Below, in pieces: positions 48,312-57,906 of a DNA stretch of 64,000 bases (position 1 is the stretch's first letter; every line of letters begins with the position of its first letter). Both the position numbers and the translations under genes were made by a program. Location of the stretch: contig OZ244653.1 in NCBI GenBank assembly GCA_965218795.1, forward strand, positions 1,248,001-1,312,000, in the 5' to 3' direction. The notes beneath the pieces were generated by a model, which worked only from the letters and a program-made list of their open reading frames with translations, did not search any database and was not told where the DNA came from. Origin of the DNA: a bacterium. GTDB taxonomy: Bacteria > UBA8248 > JACPRG01 > G963555815.

Positions 48312-48713
48312 TCATTCCCGTTCATTCTGAAATGCATTGGGGATATGGTGGATGGCCGCGCGCCCGGAAGGGCCAAAAATGATTCCCAGGACGTCGAATC
48401 GGCAATCCACATCCTCTCCCAGCCCGGCCATATAAGCGCTTGCGAGCTCCAGCAGCTTCCGCTGTTTCCTTACGTCTACGGACAACTCGGGAGCCGCGAA
48501 ACTTCCGGACGACCGTGTCTTGACCTCGACGAAAACCAGGATGCCGCCTTTACGCGCGACCAGATCCAGCTCCCCATGCTTCGTTCGAACGTTCCGCTCG
48601 ACGATTGCGTAGCCCTTTCTCCTCAGGTAGCGAACGGCCTCGTTCTCGCCTCGCTCTCCAAGGACATGTCGTGGATTGCGGGCCGGCTCAACGGCCCTTC
48701 TCCAGAAAATCAT
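48312..48713 (-). CDS. yraN: YraN family protein
   Basis: G..GE..A..YL...GY..VERN, GELDLVA, FVEVKTR, RFDV. Confidence 0.93.
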   Translation of the reverse strand: MIFWRRAVEPARNPRHVLGERGENEAVRYLRRKGYAIVERNVRTKHGELDLVARKGGILVFVEVKTRSSGSFAAPELSVDVRKQRKLLELASAYMAGLGEDVDCRFDVLGIIFGPSGRAAIHHIPNAFQNERE

Positions 48714-49390
48714 CAGCCGACCGACTCTTTCGGGATATCGGGCGCTGAGGCGTCCCGTGGATTCTCAAGCAACAATCGCACGTCACGGACAGGACGAAAG
48801 CTTTTGCGGTGGATGGGGGTGGGTCCGAAACGGGACAGGGCCGCGAGGTGCGCCTTCGTCCCGTACCCTTTATGCCGGGCGAAGCCATACTCCGGATACA
48901 GTGAATCGTAGGCCTCCATCTGCCTGTCGCGAGACACTTTGGCGAGGATGGAAGCCGCGGCGATGGATACGCTCGTTCCGTCGCCCCGGACAATGGACTC
49001 TTGGGCGATGGCCGTCTCGGCCTGCAACGGAATAGGCTGGGAGCCGTCCACAAGAACGCAATGGGGGGAAGGAGTCAACAGAAGAACGGAACGCATCATA
49101 GCGCGAAGGGAGGCCTGGAGAATGTTGAATCGGTCGATGGCTTCCGGGTCTTCGCCTGCGACGCTCCAAGCAACAGACTTCTCAACGATGGCCTGGTACA
49201 AGGCCTCCCGCGCATCGGCCGTGAGCTTCTTGGAATCATCCAGACCGGGGATCGAGCAATCGGGAGGCAGAATCACCGAAGCCGCGACCACGGGTCCGGC
49301 GATCGGCCCCCGTCCGGCTTCGTCCACGCCGGCGACAAGAGCGTGGCCGGCGCGCCACATTTCACGCTCCCATCTCCAGCCGACGCCCAC
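48713..49390 (-). CDS. rnhB: Ribonuclease HII
   Basis: GVDEAGRGP, DDSKKL, IAAASILAKV.RD, HKGYGT, HRKSF. Confidence 0.97.
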   Translation of the reverse strand: MGVGWRWEREMWRAGHALVAGVDEAGRGPIAGPVVAASVILPPDCSIPGLDDSKKLTADAREALYQAIVEKSVAWSVAGEDPEAIDRFNILQASLRAMMRSVLLLTPSPHCVLVDGSQPIPLQAETAIAQESIVRGDGTSVSIAAASILAKVSRDRQMEAYDSLYPEYGFARHKGYGTKAHLAALSRFGPTPIHRKSFRPVRDVRLLLENPRDASAPDIPKESVG

Positions 49391-49392
49391 TG

Positions 49393-49740
49393 TCAGCGTG
49401 CCGAGCGTTCTGCGATTCGGGACGCCTTTCCCTTGAGATTTCGGAGGTAATAAAGTTTGGCGCGACGGACCTTGCCCAAACGAATGACTTCAATCTTTTC
49501 AATCTGGGGCGTGTGAATGGGAAAAATGCGCTCGACGCCGACCCCATACGAAGTTTTTCGGACCGTGAAGGTCTCGCGGGTTCCCCCTCCCTTGCGGGCG
49601 ATAACGACGCCCTCGAAGATCTGAACCCGCTCCTTGTCCCCCTCAACGATTCGCGAGTGCACCCGGACCGTGTCTCCCGGGCGGAAGGAGGGAAGATCCA
49701 TCCGCATTTGCGACTTTTCCAGCTGATCAATCACGTTCAT
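49393..49740 (-). CDS. rplS: 50S ribosomal protein L19
   Basis: [29 protein letters not shown]. Confidence 0.98.
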   Translation of the reverse strand: MNVIDQLEKSQMRMDLPSFRPGDTVRVHSRIVEGDKERVQIFEGVVIARKGGGTRETFTVRKTSYGVGVERIFPIHTPQIEKIEVIRLGKVRRAKLYYLRNLKGKASRIAERSAR

Positions 49741-50518
49741 GACGAGCCACCCTCTCCGTCAAGGAGTCCCCGCCGAATTCGACGTCGGGACTCTCCCTTC
49801 GCCATTCCGACAGCCAGATCTTCTTCTCTTCGTCCAGCGATTCCTCTTGAATCAGGTCCGGCCTTCGCAAATAGGTTCGGTAGAGCGCCTGCCGTTCCCT
49901 CCACCTCCTGATTTCCCGATGGTCCCCCGACAAGAGAACCGACGGGATCCGGCACCCCTTGAACGTGTCGGGCCGCGTGTATTGCGGGAAATCCAGCAGT
50001 CCGCTCGAGAAGGAATCTTCCTCCGCTGAATCCGAACAGCCCAAAACACCCGGAATCATTCGGGCGACCGCATCGATCATCACCATTGCGGGAAGTTCGC
50101 CGCCGGTCAACACATAATCCCCGATGGATATCTCCTCATCAACGTATAGCTCCCGGACCCTTTCGTCCACCCCTTCGTACCGGCCGCACAGCATCACAAG
50201 CCGCTCTTCTTGCGCGAATGACCGAGCGCGACGCTGGGTGAACGGTACGCCCTGCGGCGTCAGGAAGATGACCGGGGCGGGAGACCCGTCGTCCCGGACC
50301 GCTTCGATGGCCCGGCCCAAGGGTTCCGGCTTCATGACCATTCCCCCGCCGCCGCCATACGGATAATCATCCGTGGAACGGTGCGCATCGTCCGCGTACT
50401 CCCTGAGATCATGCAGGCGGACGTTCAGCAACCCGTTCTGAACGGCCCTTCCGAGGACTCCGGCCGAGAGCGGGGCCACGAACATATCCGGCAGGATGGT
50501 GATCACATCAAAGATCAT
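49727..50518 (-). CDS. trmD: tRNA (guanine-N1)-methyltransferase TrmD
   Basis: [35 protein letters not shown]. Confidence 0.98.
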   Translation of the reverse strand: MIFDVITILPDMFVAPLSAGVLGRAVQNGLLNVRLHDLREYADDAHRSTDDYPYGGGGGMVMKPEPLGRAIEAVRDDGSPAPVIFLTPQGVPFTQRRARSFAQEERLVMLCGRYEGVDERVRELYVDEEISIGDYVLTGGELPAMVMIDAVARMIPGVLGCSDSAEEDSFSSGLLDFPQYTRPDTFKGCRIPSVLLSGDHREIRRWRERQALYRTYLRRPDLIQEESLDEEKKIWLSEWRRESPDVEFGGDSLTERVARHERD

Positions 50519-51053
50519 CTTCGCGGGTTCCGGTTTCCTCGAGACCTTCGGGAACCTCGACAGTCATCCGGCCCTCGTCCAGGGCTACGTCCTTCACCAC
50601 CTCACGAGTCATGGGCAGGAGGATTTCTCCGTTCCCGTTACGTACGACGAGGACATCGTTCTCCCCGCCGGGTCCGGAGGAGAAAACCTCCGTCAGTCGC
50701 CCCAGCGATTTTCCCTTCTCGTCCACTACGCCGAGCCCGACCAGTTCTTCCCAGAGGTACTCTCCCTCCTCCAGAGGAGGAAGGTCATCGCGGTCAATCC
50801 GAATGTCGGCCGGGATGAGAGACCGCGCGAGATCCCGATCCGTGATCCCTTCGAGAGTCAGCAGGATTCGGTCTTGGTGTGGGCGCAACGCCTCGATACG
50901 GGCTCGCCGAGAATCGCCTTCCGGCCCTTGCAACGATATTTCACGGCCGGCGGAAACTGCTTCTCCGGTCTCCAGCCACAACTCAACGGAAATTTCCCCC
51001 CGGATGCCATGGGCTTTGACGAGCCGACCGACGGCCACCGTTTTCAAGGGCAT
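50508..51053 (-). CDS. rimM: Ribosome maturation factor RimM
   Basis: VG.LVKAHGIRGE, EGEYLWEELVG, NDVL, PEGL. Confidence 0.94.
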   Translation of the reverse strand: MPLKTVAVGRLVKAHGIRGEISVELWLETGEAVSAGREISLQGPEGDSRRARIEALRPHQDRILLTLEGITDRDLARSLIPADIRIDRDDLPPLEEGEYLWEELVGLGVVDEKGKSLGRLTEVFSSGPGGENDVLVVRNGNGEILLPMTREVVKDVALDEGRMTVEVPEGLEETGTREDDL

Positions 51054-51058
51054 CGCCG

Positions 51059-51289
51059 CTATTCCAGGATTTCGAGAACTATGCGCCGGCCACGCTGAGC
51101 CGACACGACCGACATCAGGGTACGCATGGCCCTCGCTGTACGGCCCTCTTTGCCGATCACCTTTCCCAAATCATCTTCGGCCACCCTCAGCTCAATCGCG
51201 AGGTCTTCCCCCCGGTCGACTTCCTCCACGCGAACCTGATCGGGCTCGTCCACCAACTGCTTCGCGATATACTCGATGAGATCTCTCAC
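51059..51289 (-). CDS. khpA: KH domain RNA-binding protein (KhpA)
   Basis: DLGKVIGKEGRTARAMR; located between rpsP and rimM. Confidence 0.92.
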   Translation of the reverse strand: MRDLIEYIAKQLVDEPDQVRVEEVDRGEDLAIELRVAEDDLGKVIGKEGRTARAMRTLMSVVSAQRGRRIVLEILE

Positions 51290-51346
51290 CGTCAAATCCG
51301 TCGTTATCGAGGGGCGATCGGGAGACGCTTCCACCCGCAAGAGCGC

Positions 51347-51598
51347 TCAAGCCTCGGTCTGATACACTCCTGTCTTCCGAAACAGTGTCTTGACGGTTTC
51401 GGAAGGCAGGGCGCCGCTGGACAGCCAATACCGCGCCCGCTCCTGATCGATGGATACCGCGACCGGGTCATCCCCCGGGTCATATGTGCCGATGCTTTCG
51501 ATGATTCTTCCGTCCCGCGGCGAGCGGGAATCGGCTACGACGACCCGGTAAAAAGGCCGTTTTTTGGCGCCTAATCGTGTAAGTCGAATCCGAACCAA
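51347..51598 (-). CDS. rpsP: 30S ribosomal protein S16
   Basis: [29 protein letters not shown]. Confidence 0.98.
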   Translation of the reverse strand: MVRIRLTRLGAKKRPFYRVVVADSRSPRDGRIIESIGTYDPGDDPVAVSIDQERARYWLSSGALPSETVKTLFRKTGVYQTEA

Positions 51599-51677
51599 TC
51601 ACTTGCCTCCTTCATTACTCTGGAACCTGTGGAACCAAGAACCTCATACAGACCGGGACGTCTTCCAGTCGCATGCC

Positions 51678-53036
51678 TCACCCCCGGGGGGGGAGGCCCG
51701 GAATTCCAGGCATCCCCATCATCAAGGCCCGCTTTCTCTTCTTGCCCCCTGCTGCCCGCGTGAGCTGCTGCATCATTTTCCTCATCTGTGAGAACTGCTT
51801 GAGCAGCTGGTTGACATCCTGAACGGTCGTGCCGCTGCCGGCAGCGATCCTCTTGCGGCGGCTTCCGTTGATGATGGAATGTTCCTGCCGCTCGCCGGGA
51901 GTCATCGAGTTGATGATGGCTTCGATTCTCACCAGGCTGTCCTCCTGGCCCTCGAATCCTTTCACCTTGCCCATGCCGGGAATCATCCCAATGAGTTCAT
52001 CCATCGGGCCCATCTTCTTCAATTGGCGAAGCTGGTCCCTGAAGTCCTCCAATGAAAAGGTCGCAGTCCGAGCCTTCTCCGCCAAGGCTGCGGCTTCTTC
52101 GACCGATACGGTCGTCTGCGCCCGCTCAATCAATGAGAGCACATCCCCCATCCCCAGAACGCGTGACGCCATGCGCTCAGGATGAAAGGCCTCCAGGGCG
52201 TCCAGGCGCTCACCCACGCCCACCAGCTTGATGGGGACCCCAACCTCCGCCCGGATCGAAAGGGCCGCTCCGCCACGCGCATCTCCGTCCAGCTTGGTCA
52301 GGACGACCCCGGTCAATTCAATGGCCTCGTGAAAGGATTTCGCGAGGTCCACCGCCTGCTGCCCGGTCATGGCGTCCGCAACCAGGAGACGCTCATCGGG
52401 GCGAATCTTCGCAGATACCCGATCCAACTCCTTCATCAACTCCTCATCCGCTTGGAGACGCCCCGCCGAATCCGCGATGGCCACTTGGGCGTCCGCCAAT
52501 CGAGCCGCCTTCATCCCCTGCTCCGCGGCGGCCACCGGATCCGATACCCCCTTGGGGTCGAAAACAGGTACATCCAGCGAGCGGCCGAGCGCATGAAGCT
52601 GCTCCACCGCAGCGGGGCGCATCAAATCGCAGGGAATCAGATACGGGCTCTTGCCTTCTTCTTTGAAGCGGCGTGCCAGTTTACCGGCCGTCGTCGTTTT
52701 GCCGGAACCGTGCAGCCCCGCCAGCAGGATGACCAGGGGAGGCTCCGTCACGGTGACCAAGGGGACCGCTTCCTCCCCCATGAGCGCGATCAATTCCTCG
52801 TGGACGATCTTGATGACCTGCTGGCCCGGCGTCAGGCTCTTCATCACGTCGGCCCCGACCGCCCGTTCCTTGACCGCCGAAACAAAGCTCTTGACCACCT
52901 TGAAATTGACATCCGCCTCAAGCATCGCCAACCGCACCTCCCGAAGGGCATCGGCGACATCGGATTCGCTGAGCCGCCCTCGCCCGCGAAGCTTCCTGAA
53001 AACCTCGTCAAGGCGATGGCTCAAGTTTTCGAACAT
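51678..53036 (-). CDS. ffh: Signal recognition particle protein
   Basis: LEADVN, GSGKTT, DSAGR, TKLDGDARGG, IINSMT, RIA.GSG. Confidence 0.98.
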   Translation of the reverse strand: MFENLSHRLDEVFRKLRGRGRLSESDVADALREVRLAMLEADVNFKVVKSFVSAVKERAVGADVMKSLTPGQQVIKIVHEELIALMGEEAVPLVTVTEPPLVILLAGLHGSGKTTTAGKLARRFKEEGKSPYLIPCDLMRPAAVEQLHALGRSLDVPVFDPKGVSDPVAAAEQGMKAARLADAQVAIADSAGRLQADEELMKELDRVSAKIRPDERLLVADAMTGQQAVDLAKSFHEAIELTGVVLTKLDGDARGGAALSIRAEVGVPIKLVGVGERLDALEAFHPERMASRVLGMGDVLSLIERAQTTVSVEEAAALAEKARTATFSLEDFRDQLRQLKKMGPMDELIGMIPGMGKVKGFEGQEDSLVRIEAIINSMTPGERQEHSIINGSRRKRIAAGSGTTVQDVNQLLKQFSQMRKMMQQLTRAAGGKKRKRALMMGMPGIPGLPPRG

Positions 53037-53087
53037 TTGCAGCTTCCTGCGAAGGTAACGTGAAAATGCCTCGTTAATGAAAGATTA

Positions 53088-53116
53088 ACGATAGACCCGG
53101 TCCATAGCTCCGTCAA
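53088..53116 (-). promoter_or_regulatory. Sigma70-like promoter for ffh
   Basis: TTGACG-17 nt-TATCGT on the minus strand. Confidence 0.55.
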
Positions 53117-53164
53117 CGGGAACTCCGCTTTTGCGGGCGATTGATCAATTCGCCTCTGATTTTG

Positions 53165-53875
53165 CTAGGAATTCTCTCCACGGATCCCGGCGATGGCCTT
53201 CCGGTAGTCCTGGGCGCCGAACACGGCGGTTCCCGCAACCAACATCCTTGCTCCGGCGCGAATAACCTCTCCCGCCGTTTGCGCATCCACCCCGCCGTCC
53301 ACCTCCAGGATCGGGGGATTCGACAACCCGTCCAGCCGCTCTCTGACCCGGCGGATCTTAGGCAAAACGCTCTCGATGAACCTCTGCCCCCCGAAACCCG
53401 GATTGACCGTCATCAGGAGTACCAGATCCGCGGCCTCGAGCACTTCGAAGACGGCCTCAGGCGGCGTCGCAGGGTTGAGGGCCACACCAGATAAAATCCG
53501 CTTGCCTTCCGGCGTGGTCATGCCCTGGATCGACTGAAGCGTCCGGTGAAGGTGGGGACAGGTCTCGGCATGGACCGTTAAAACTCCAGCTCCGGCCCGG
53601 GCGAAAGCTTCCAGGTGCCGTTCCGGTTCGACAATCATCAGGTGAACATCCAGCAAGACATCTTCGCTCTCGTCAGCCCTCGCCCTTCGGGCGGCTTCCA
53701 CCGCCAGCGGTCCCATCGTGATGTTCGGAACAAACCGCCCGTCCATCACATCCAGGTGCAGCCAGTCGGCGCCGCCAGCCATGACGTCTCGGACCTCATC
53801 TCCCAATCGGGCGAAATCGCACGCCAACAGGGAAGGAGCGATCCGGACAGGCTCGTTTCCCTGCATCTGATTCAC
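53165..53875 (-). CDS. rpe: Ribulose-phosphate 3-epimerase
   Basis: IAPSLL, HLDVMDG.FVPN, DVHLMI, MTVNPGFGGQ, EVDGG. Confidence 0.97.
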   Translation of the reverse strand: MNQMQGNEPVRIAPSLLACDFARLGDEVRDVMAGGADWLHLDVMDGRFVPNITMGPLAVEAARRARADESEDVLLDVHLMIVEPERHLEAFARAGAGVLTVHAETCPHLHRTLQSIQGMTTPEGKRILSGVALNPATPPEAVFEVLEAADLVLLMTVNPGFGGQRFIESVLPKIRRVRERLDGLSNPPILEVDGGVDAQTAGEVIRAGARMLVAGTAVFGAQDYRKAIAGIRGENS

Positions 53876-54828
53876 TGCAAAACCCTTTCTTCGGTCAATT
53901 TGCCGTCGAGATAAACCCGCGCGACCGTTTCCCCTTTCAGCCGGACCAAGAGTCCCACTTCCTGGCCGCCCTTTTTTCTTCCGTTGAAGATTTCGCGGGA
54001 TTCCCGGTCATGCACCAGCACCACGCGGACCATGATCTCCTTGGCATCTTCTGGCAGCTTATAGCGGAAGTATGCATACGTTCCCGTTGGTTTCGCTTCG
54101 GCTTCAGCCCCTTTCGCCACGAAAAGCCTCACGCTGTCACCGCTCGGGATTCGGTATCCGGCCTTGGGTTCCGTACGCAGGACGATACCCACCAGAACCC
54201 CCGGGTATTCGGTCTGAACCACCTTTCCGACTCTGAGGGAGGAGTTCCGGATCACGCGCAAGGCGGCGTTCAAATCCTCACCCACCAGATCGGGCATCAC
54301 GTATGCGGTCCGCGGCTTCCCTTTGCTGACCAACAGATTCACACCTTTCCCGCGCTCCACCCGTATCGAAGGAGAAGGAACCTGAGCGATGATAGAATTC
54401 TCCTGATGAAATTTCGACTCGACCCAGGATACCCTGCCCACCTTAAAGCCCAGGGCCTTGAGGATGTTGACCGATCGGGTCCAGGTTTCCCCTCGAAGCT
54501 CCGGAACCCTGGCCTCCCGGGGGCCTTTGCTGAGGATCACGGCGATCCTCCTCCGTCGCTTCACCCGGTGCCCGGCGGGCGGGTCCTGACGGGTCACGCT
54601 GTGCTTGGGAACGACCGGATCGAATTCCTGGCTCCGAATTTCCATCGCCAGATCCGATTGCCCCATGATTTCGAGGGCTTCGACAATGTGCTTTCCCATA
54701 ACGGAGGGAACCGGCAATTCTCCCCCGCCCAGGACGACTTTCATGGCGACATACCCGCTGACTGCGCTGGCCGCCACGATCAGGAGCAAAAATAAAAAGA
54801 ATTTTGTAATCTTCCAGAAGGATTTCAA
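53872..54828 (-). CDS. PASTA domain-containing membrane protein
   Basis: N-terminal TM plus three PASTA repeats (VPSVMG, VPELRG, MPDLVG; SKGP). Confidence 0.88.
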   Translation of the reverse strand: MKSFWKITKFFLFLLLIVAASAVSGYVAMKVVLGGGELPVPSVMGKHIVEALEIMGQSDLAMEIRSQEFDPVVPKHSVTRQDPPAGHRVKRRRRIAVILSKGPREARVPELRGETWTRSVNILKALGFKVGRVSWVESKFHQENSIIAQVPSPSIRVERGKGVNLLVSKGKPRTAYVMPDLVGEDLNAALRVIRNSSLRVGKVVQTEYPGVLVGIVLRTEPKAGYRIPSGDSVRLFVAKGAEAEAKPTGTYAYFRYKLPEDAKEIMVRVVLVHDRESREIFNGRKKGGQEVGLLVRLKGETVARVYLDGKLTEERVLQ

Positions 54829-54831
54829 TGG

Positions 54832-56250
54832 TCATACCGATTCATCTGATGGTTTGCGTCTCCAGCGGGCCGCAAAAAAACCGTCCGAGGCGGTATCGCC
54901 CGCGCGCACCTGATAGCATCCGCCCTCAACGATAAACCGGCGGGGACCATCCGGCCCCTCGGGCATTGTTGCGGAAAGGTCCTCCCGCTGAAAGCGTCCC
55001 CCTTCAGAGGACTTCTCAAAGGCGTGGACCACCTGGAAGGTCTCTTCGTCCTCATTCGAGCAGACACAATAGAGCATACTCCCTCCAGGCCGAACGGCGC
55101 GCGACGCCTTTCCAAGAATCCGAATCTCCACCGCGTTCATCCGAAGGATATCCGTCTCCTCCTTGTTCCACTTTGCTTCCGGATGACGACGAAGGACGCC
55201 AAGGCCGGAGCAGGGCGCATCGACCAGAACCGCATCGAATACGGAATCCCTGACAACGTCCGAGGCTGCATCCGCCCTGACGGCATATACCGACTTCAAC
55301 CTCATCCGCCGAGCGTTTTCAGCGACTTTCGCCAGACGGCGCGCATGGGTGTCCGTGGCCAGGATGAATCCCGAATCGTCCATCCGTTCGGCTACGTGAA
55401 CCGTCTTTCCACCCGGGCCCGCGCATACGTCCCACACCCAATCGCCGGGTCGGACATCCATCAGTTGCGCCATCCACGAAGCCGCTTGATCCTGAACCGA
55501 AAACCAGCCTTCCCGGAATCCCGGCAATCGTGTGATGGGCGGTCCACCTTGAACGATCAGCGAGCCAGGCCAAAGGTTTCCCCGCGTCACCCCGGCCCCG
55601 GCCTCCTGCAAGGCGTCTTCCACGATTTCCACCGTCGCGAGGCGACGGTTGACCCTGAGAGCCAAGGGGGAGCGCTCATTGTTGGCCCGGCAAACGCGAA
55701 CCGCGGCTTCCAGACCCCATCGTTCAGTCCACCTCCGGACCATCCAGGCCGGATGGGATTCACCCTCCGCCAGACTATCCGTATCCTCATAGGCGAAAAT
55801 ACCGCCTTGACTGTCCGCAGCCGCGGTACGAGCAACGACGCGCAGGACCGCGTTCACCAATTTGACAAATCCCCCGAAACCATTCCGCCGCGTCTGCTCA
55901 ACGGCCTCGTTCACCGCCGCCCAGTCCGGAACACGGTCCATGAAGAGAATCTGGTAGGCGCCCAGCCTGAGGACATTCCGGACAGGGCGGGGCAGGTCCT
56001 TGGGGTCGCCGGACAGACACGTGGCCAATGCCGTGTCGATCCGGCCGCGCCAGCGGACCGCGCCATACACCAACTCCCGGACAAAGGCGCGGTCCTCCGC
56101 TCCATGCCCGGACCGTCCCTGAACTTCTCTCAGGCGTTCGTCCAGGCGAACCCCTTTCTCCTCCGCTTCCTGAATCAAAGTCAAGGCGAGGTCGCGGGGC
56201 GTCGGCCTGCCGGCCCTCCCCATCCGCTTATGCGCGGCCGCTTTTGCCAT
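54832..56250 (-). CDS. rsmB: 16S rRNA m5C967 methyltransferase RsmB
   Basis: NusB-like N-terminus, VQDQA, DVCAGPGGK, DAPCSGLG.LRRHPE, DGFFAA. Confidence 0.95.
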   Translation of the reverse strand: MAKAAAHKRMGRAGRPTPRDLALTLIQEAEEKGVRLDERLREVQGRSGHGAEDRAFVRELVYGAVRWRGRIDTALATCLSGDPKDLPRPVRNVLRLGAYQILFMDRVPDWAAVNEAVEQTRRNGFGGFVKLVNAVLRVVARTAAADSQGGIFAYEDTDSLAEGESHPAWMVRRWTERWGLEAAVRVCRANNERSPLALRVNRRLATVEIVEDALQEAGAGVTRGNLWPGSLIVQGGPPITRLPGFREGWFSVQDQAASWMAQLMDVRPGDWVWDVCAGPGGKTVHVAERMDDSGFILATDTHARRLAKVAENARRMRLKSVYAVRADAASDVVRDSVFDAVLVDAPCSGLGVLRRHPEAKWNKEETDILRMNAVEIRILGKASRAVRPGGSMLYCVCSNEDEETFQVVHAFEKSSEGGRFQREDLSATMPEGPDGPRRFIVEGGCYQVRAGDTASDGFFAARWRRKPSDESV

Positions 56251-56255
56251 TCCTC

Positions 56256-57248
56256 TTATCCCAGGACGGATCCTGCCGGAAGCCGGTACCCCTGCCAGAA
56301 GGACCTGGCGTCCATCCTGCGCTTCCCCTCGGGTTGCACTTCGGTCAGCAGAACCCAACCGTCCGATGCTTTGATTCGAATCCCGTCTTCGCCGGCCGGG
56401 GTTTTTCCCAATTCGGCGACGGTCCCCGGAGGCGAGTCAAAAGAACTCTCGGCCTGCCGGCGCGAACCGGCATCCGGCCTTGCCATCCAAACGCGGAGCC
56501 ATGGACCGCCGGAGCCCGCCTTCACGCCGGAAGAATCCCCGCCTGAACCCCATCGGGTTTGAGCCACCGGCCACGGACGCAGGCCTCTGACCCGCCGACA
56601 GATATCTGCAGCAGGCATAGCCCAGTCAATCACAGCATCCTCTTTCTTCAATCGCGGGGCGTAGGTCGCCTCCTCTTCCACCTGCGGAACGGGAAGAATG
56701 GTGCCGGCCTCCAGGCCCTCAATCGTGTCGATACAAACCTCGGCAGAGAGAGAAGACAGTTTCTCATACAGGGTTTCGCCGGTTTCATCCCCGCCGATCG
56801 GACAGCGGCGGCGCAAAAGCATATCCCCGGCATCCAGCTTTTCCACCACGTTCATCGACGTCACGCCCGTTTCCGTTTCCCCCCGAATCATGGCCCAGTT
56901 GATGGGAGCCGCCCCCCGGTATTTCGGGAGCAAGGAGGCATGCAGGTTGATACAGCCCCGGCGCGGCCAATCCAGGATGTCGCACTTGAGAATGTGACCG
57001 TAGGCAATGACGACGATCAGGTCGGGCGCCAGATCCGGCCAGAGCTCCCGGCGGGGCTTCTCAGGCTGGTAAACGGCGAGGGAGGCTTCCAGGGCCCGTC
57101 GTTTCACGGCGGGAGGTTGAAGCTTCTTCCCCCGGCCGGAGGGAGCATCGGGTTGGGTGACGACACCTATCAGTTCATGGGTGGAGGCCAGCAAGGCATC
57201 CAGCGTGGGCACGGCGAACTCGGGAGTCCCCATCAAGAGGATTTTCAT
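56256..57248 (-). CDS. fmt: Methionyl-tRNA formyltransferase
   Basis: MGTPEFA, TQPD, NLHASLLPKYRGAAPI, LDAGD. Confidence 0.97.
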   Translation of the reverse strand: MKILLMGTPEFAVPTLDALLASTHELIGVVTQPDAPSGRGKKLQPPAVKRRALEASLAVYQPEKPRRELWPDLAPDLIVVIAYGHILKCDILDWPRRGCINLHASLLPKYRGAAPINWAMIRGETETGVTSMNVVEKLDAGDMLLRRRCPIGGDETGETLYEKLSSLSAEVCIDTIEGLEAGTILPVPQVEEEATYAPRLKKEDAVIDWAMPAADICRRVRGLRPWPVAQTRWGSGGDSSGVKAGSGGPWLRVWMARPDAGSRRQAESSFDSPPGTVAELGKTPAGEDGIRIKASDGWVLLTEVQPEGKRRMDARSFWQGYRLPAGSVLG

Positions 57249-57280
57249 GAGGCTCCACCCCGGAACTTCGGTGACAGCCG

Positions 57281-57790
57281 CTACGCCTCGACACGCTGGC
57301 GTTTGCGGAGCTTTCGCTTGACCAAGTCCCGCTTGACGGGCCCCAGGGAATCGATGATCAGAACCCCGTTCAAATGGTCTATCTCGTGCTGAAGGATATA
57401 AGAAAGATAGCCCTCCACCTCAATCGTTTGCATCCGCCCGTTCAGCCTTTGGGCCTTCACGACAATCTGCTTCGCACGCTGAACCTTCACCTCGACCTCG
57501 GGAAGACTCAGGCACCCTTCTTCGTGTTGGACGCTCCCCTTGGAAGAGATGATCTCCGGATTCATGAGTTCCAGGGCGAGATCGGGATTCTCGCCGGCAG
57601 ACGGGTCCGCAACGATCACTCTCTGGCTGACCCCTACTTGAGGGGCCGCCAACCCGACACCCGGGGCCGCGTGCATGGTTTCGATCATGTCCCCGATCAG
57701 CGTCTTCAAGCTTTCATCAATTCGGTCGACGGGCTCCGCAATTTTTCTGAGAACAGGATCAGGAAAGATCAGGATCTTTCGAAGTGTCAT
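57281..57790 (-). CDS. def: Peptide deformylase
   Basis: GVGLAAPQ, EGCLS, QHEIDHL. Confidence 0.97.
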   Translation of the reverse strand: MTLRKILIFPDPVLRKIAEPVDRIDESLKTLIGDMIETMHAAPGVGLAAPQVGVSQRVIVADPSAGENPDLALELMNPEIISSKGSVQHEEGCLSLPEVEVKVQRAKQIVVKAQRLNGRMQTIEVEGYLSYILQHEIDHLNGVLIIDSLGPVKRDLVKRKLRKRQRVEA

Positions 57791-57906
57791 ACGCTCCAAT
57801 CGTCCGAAGGAAGGCGTCCGCTCATCCGGATAAATTCAGCAAATTCAATGCAGTCTGAATATAGTCCAGACTTTGGACGGAATCAACCAAACCCGGGGAG
57901 GCTCGG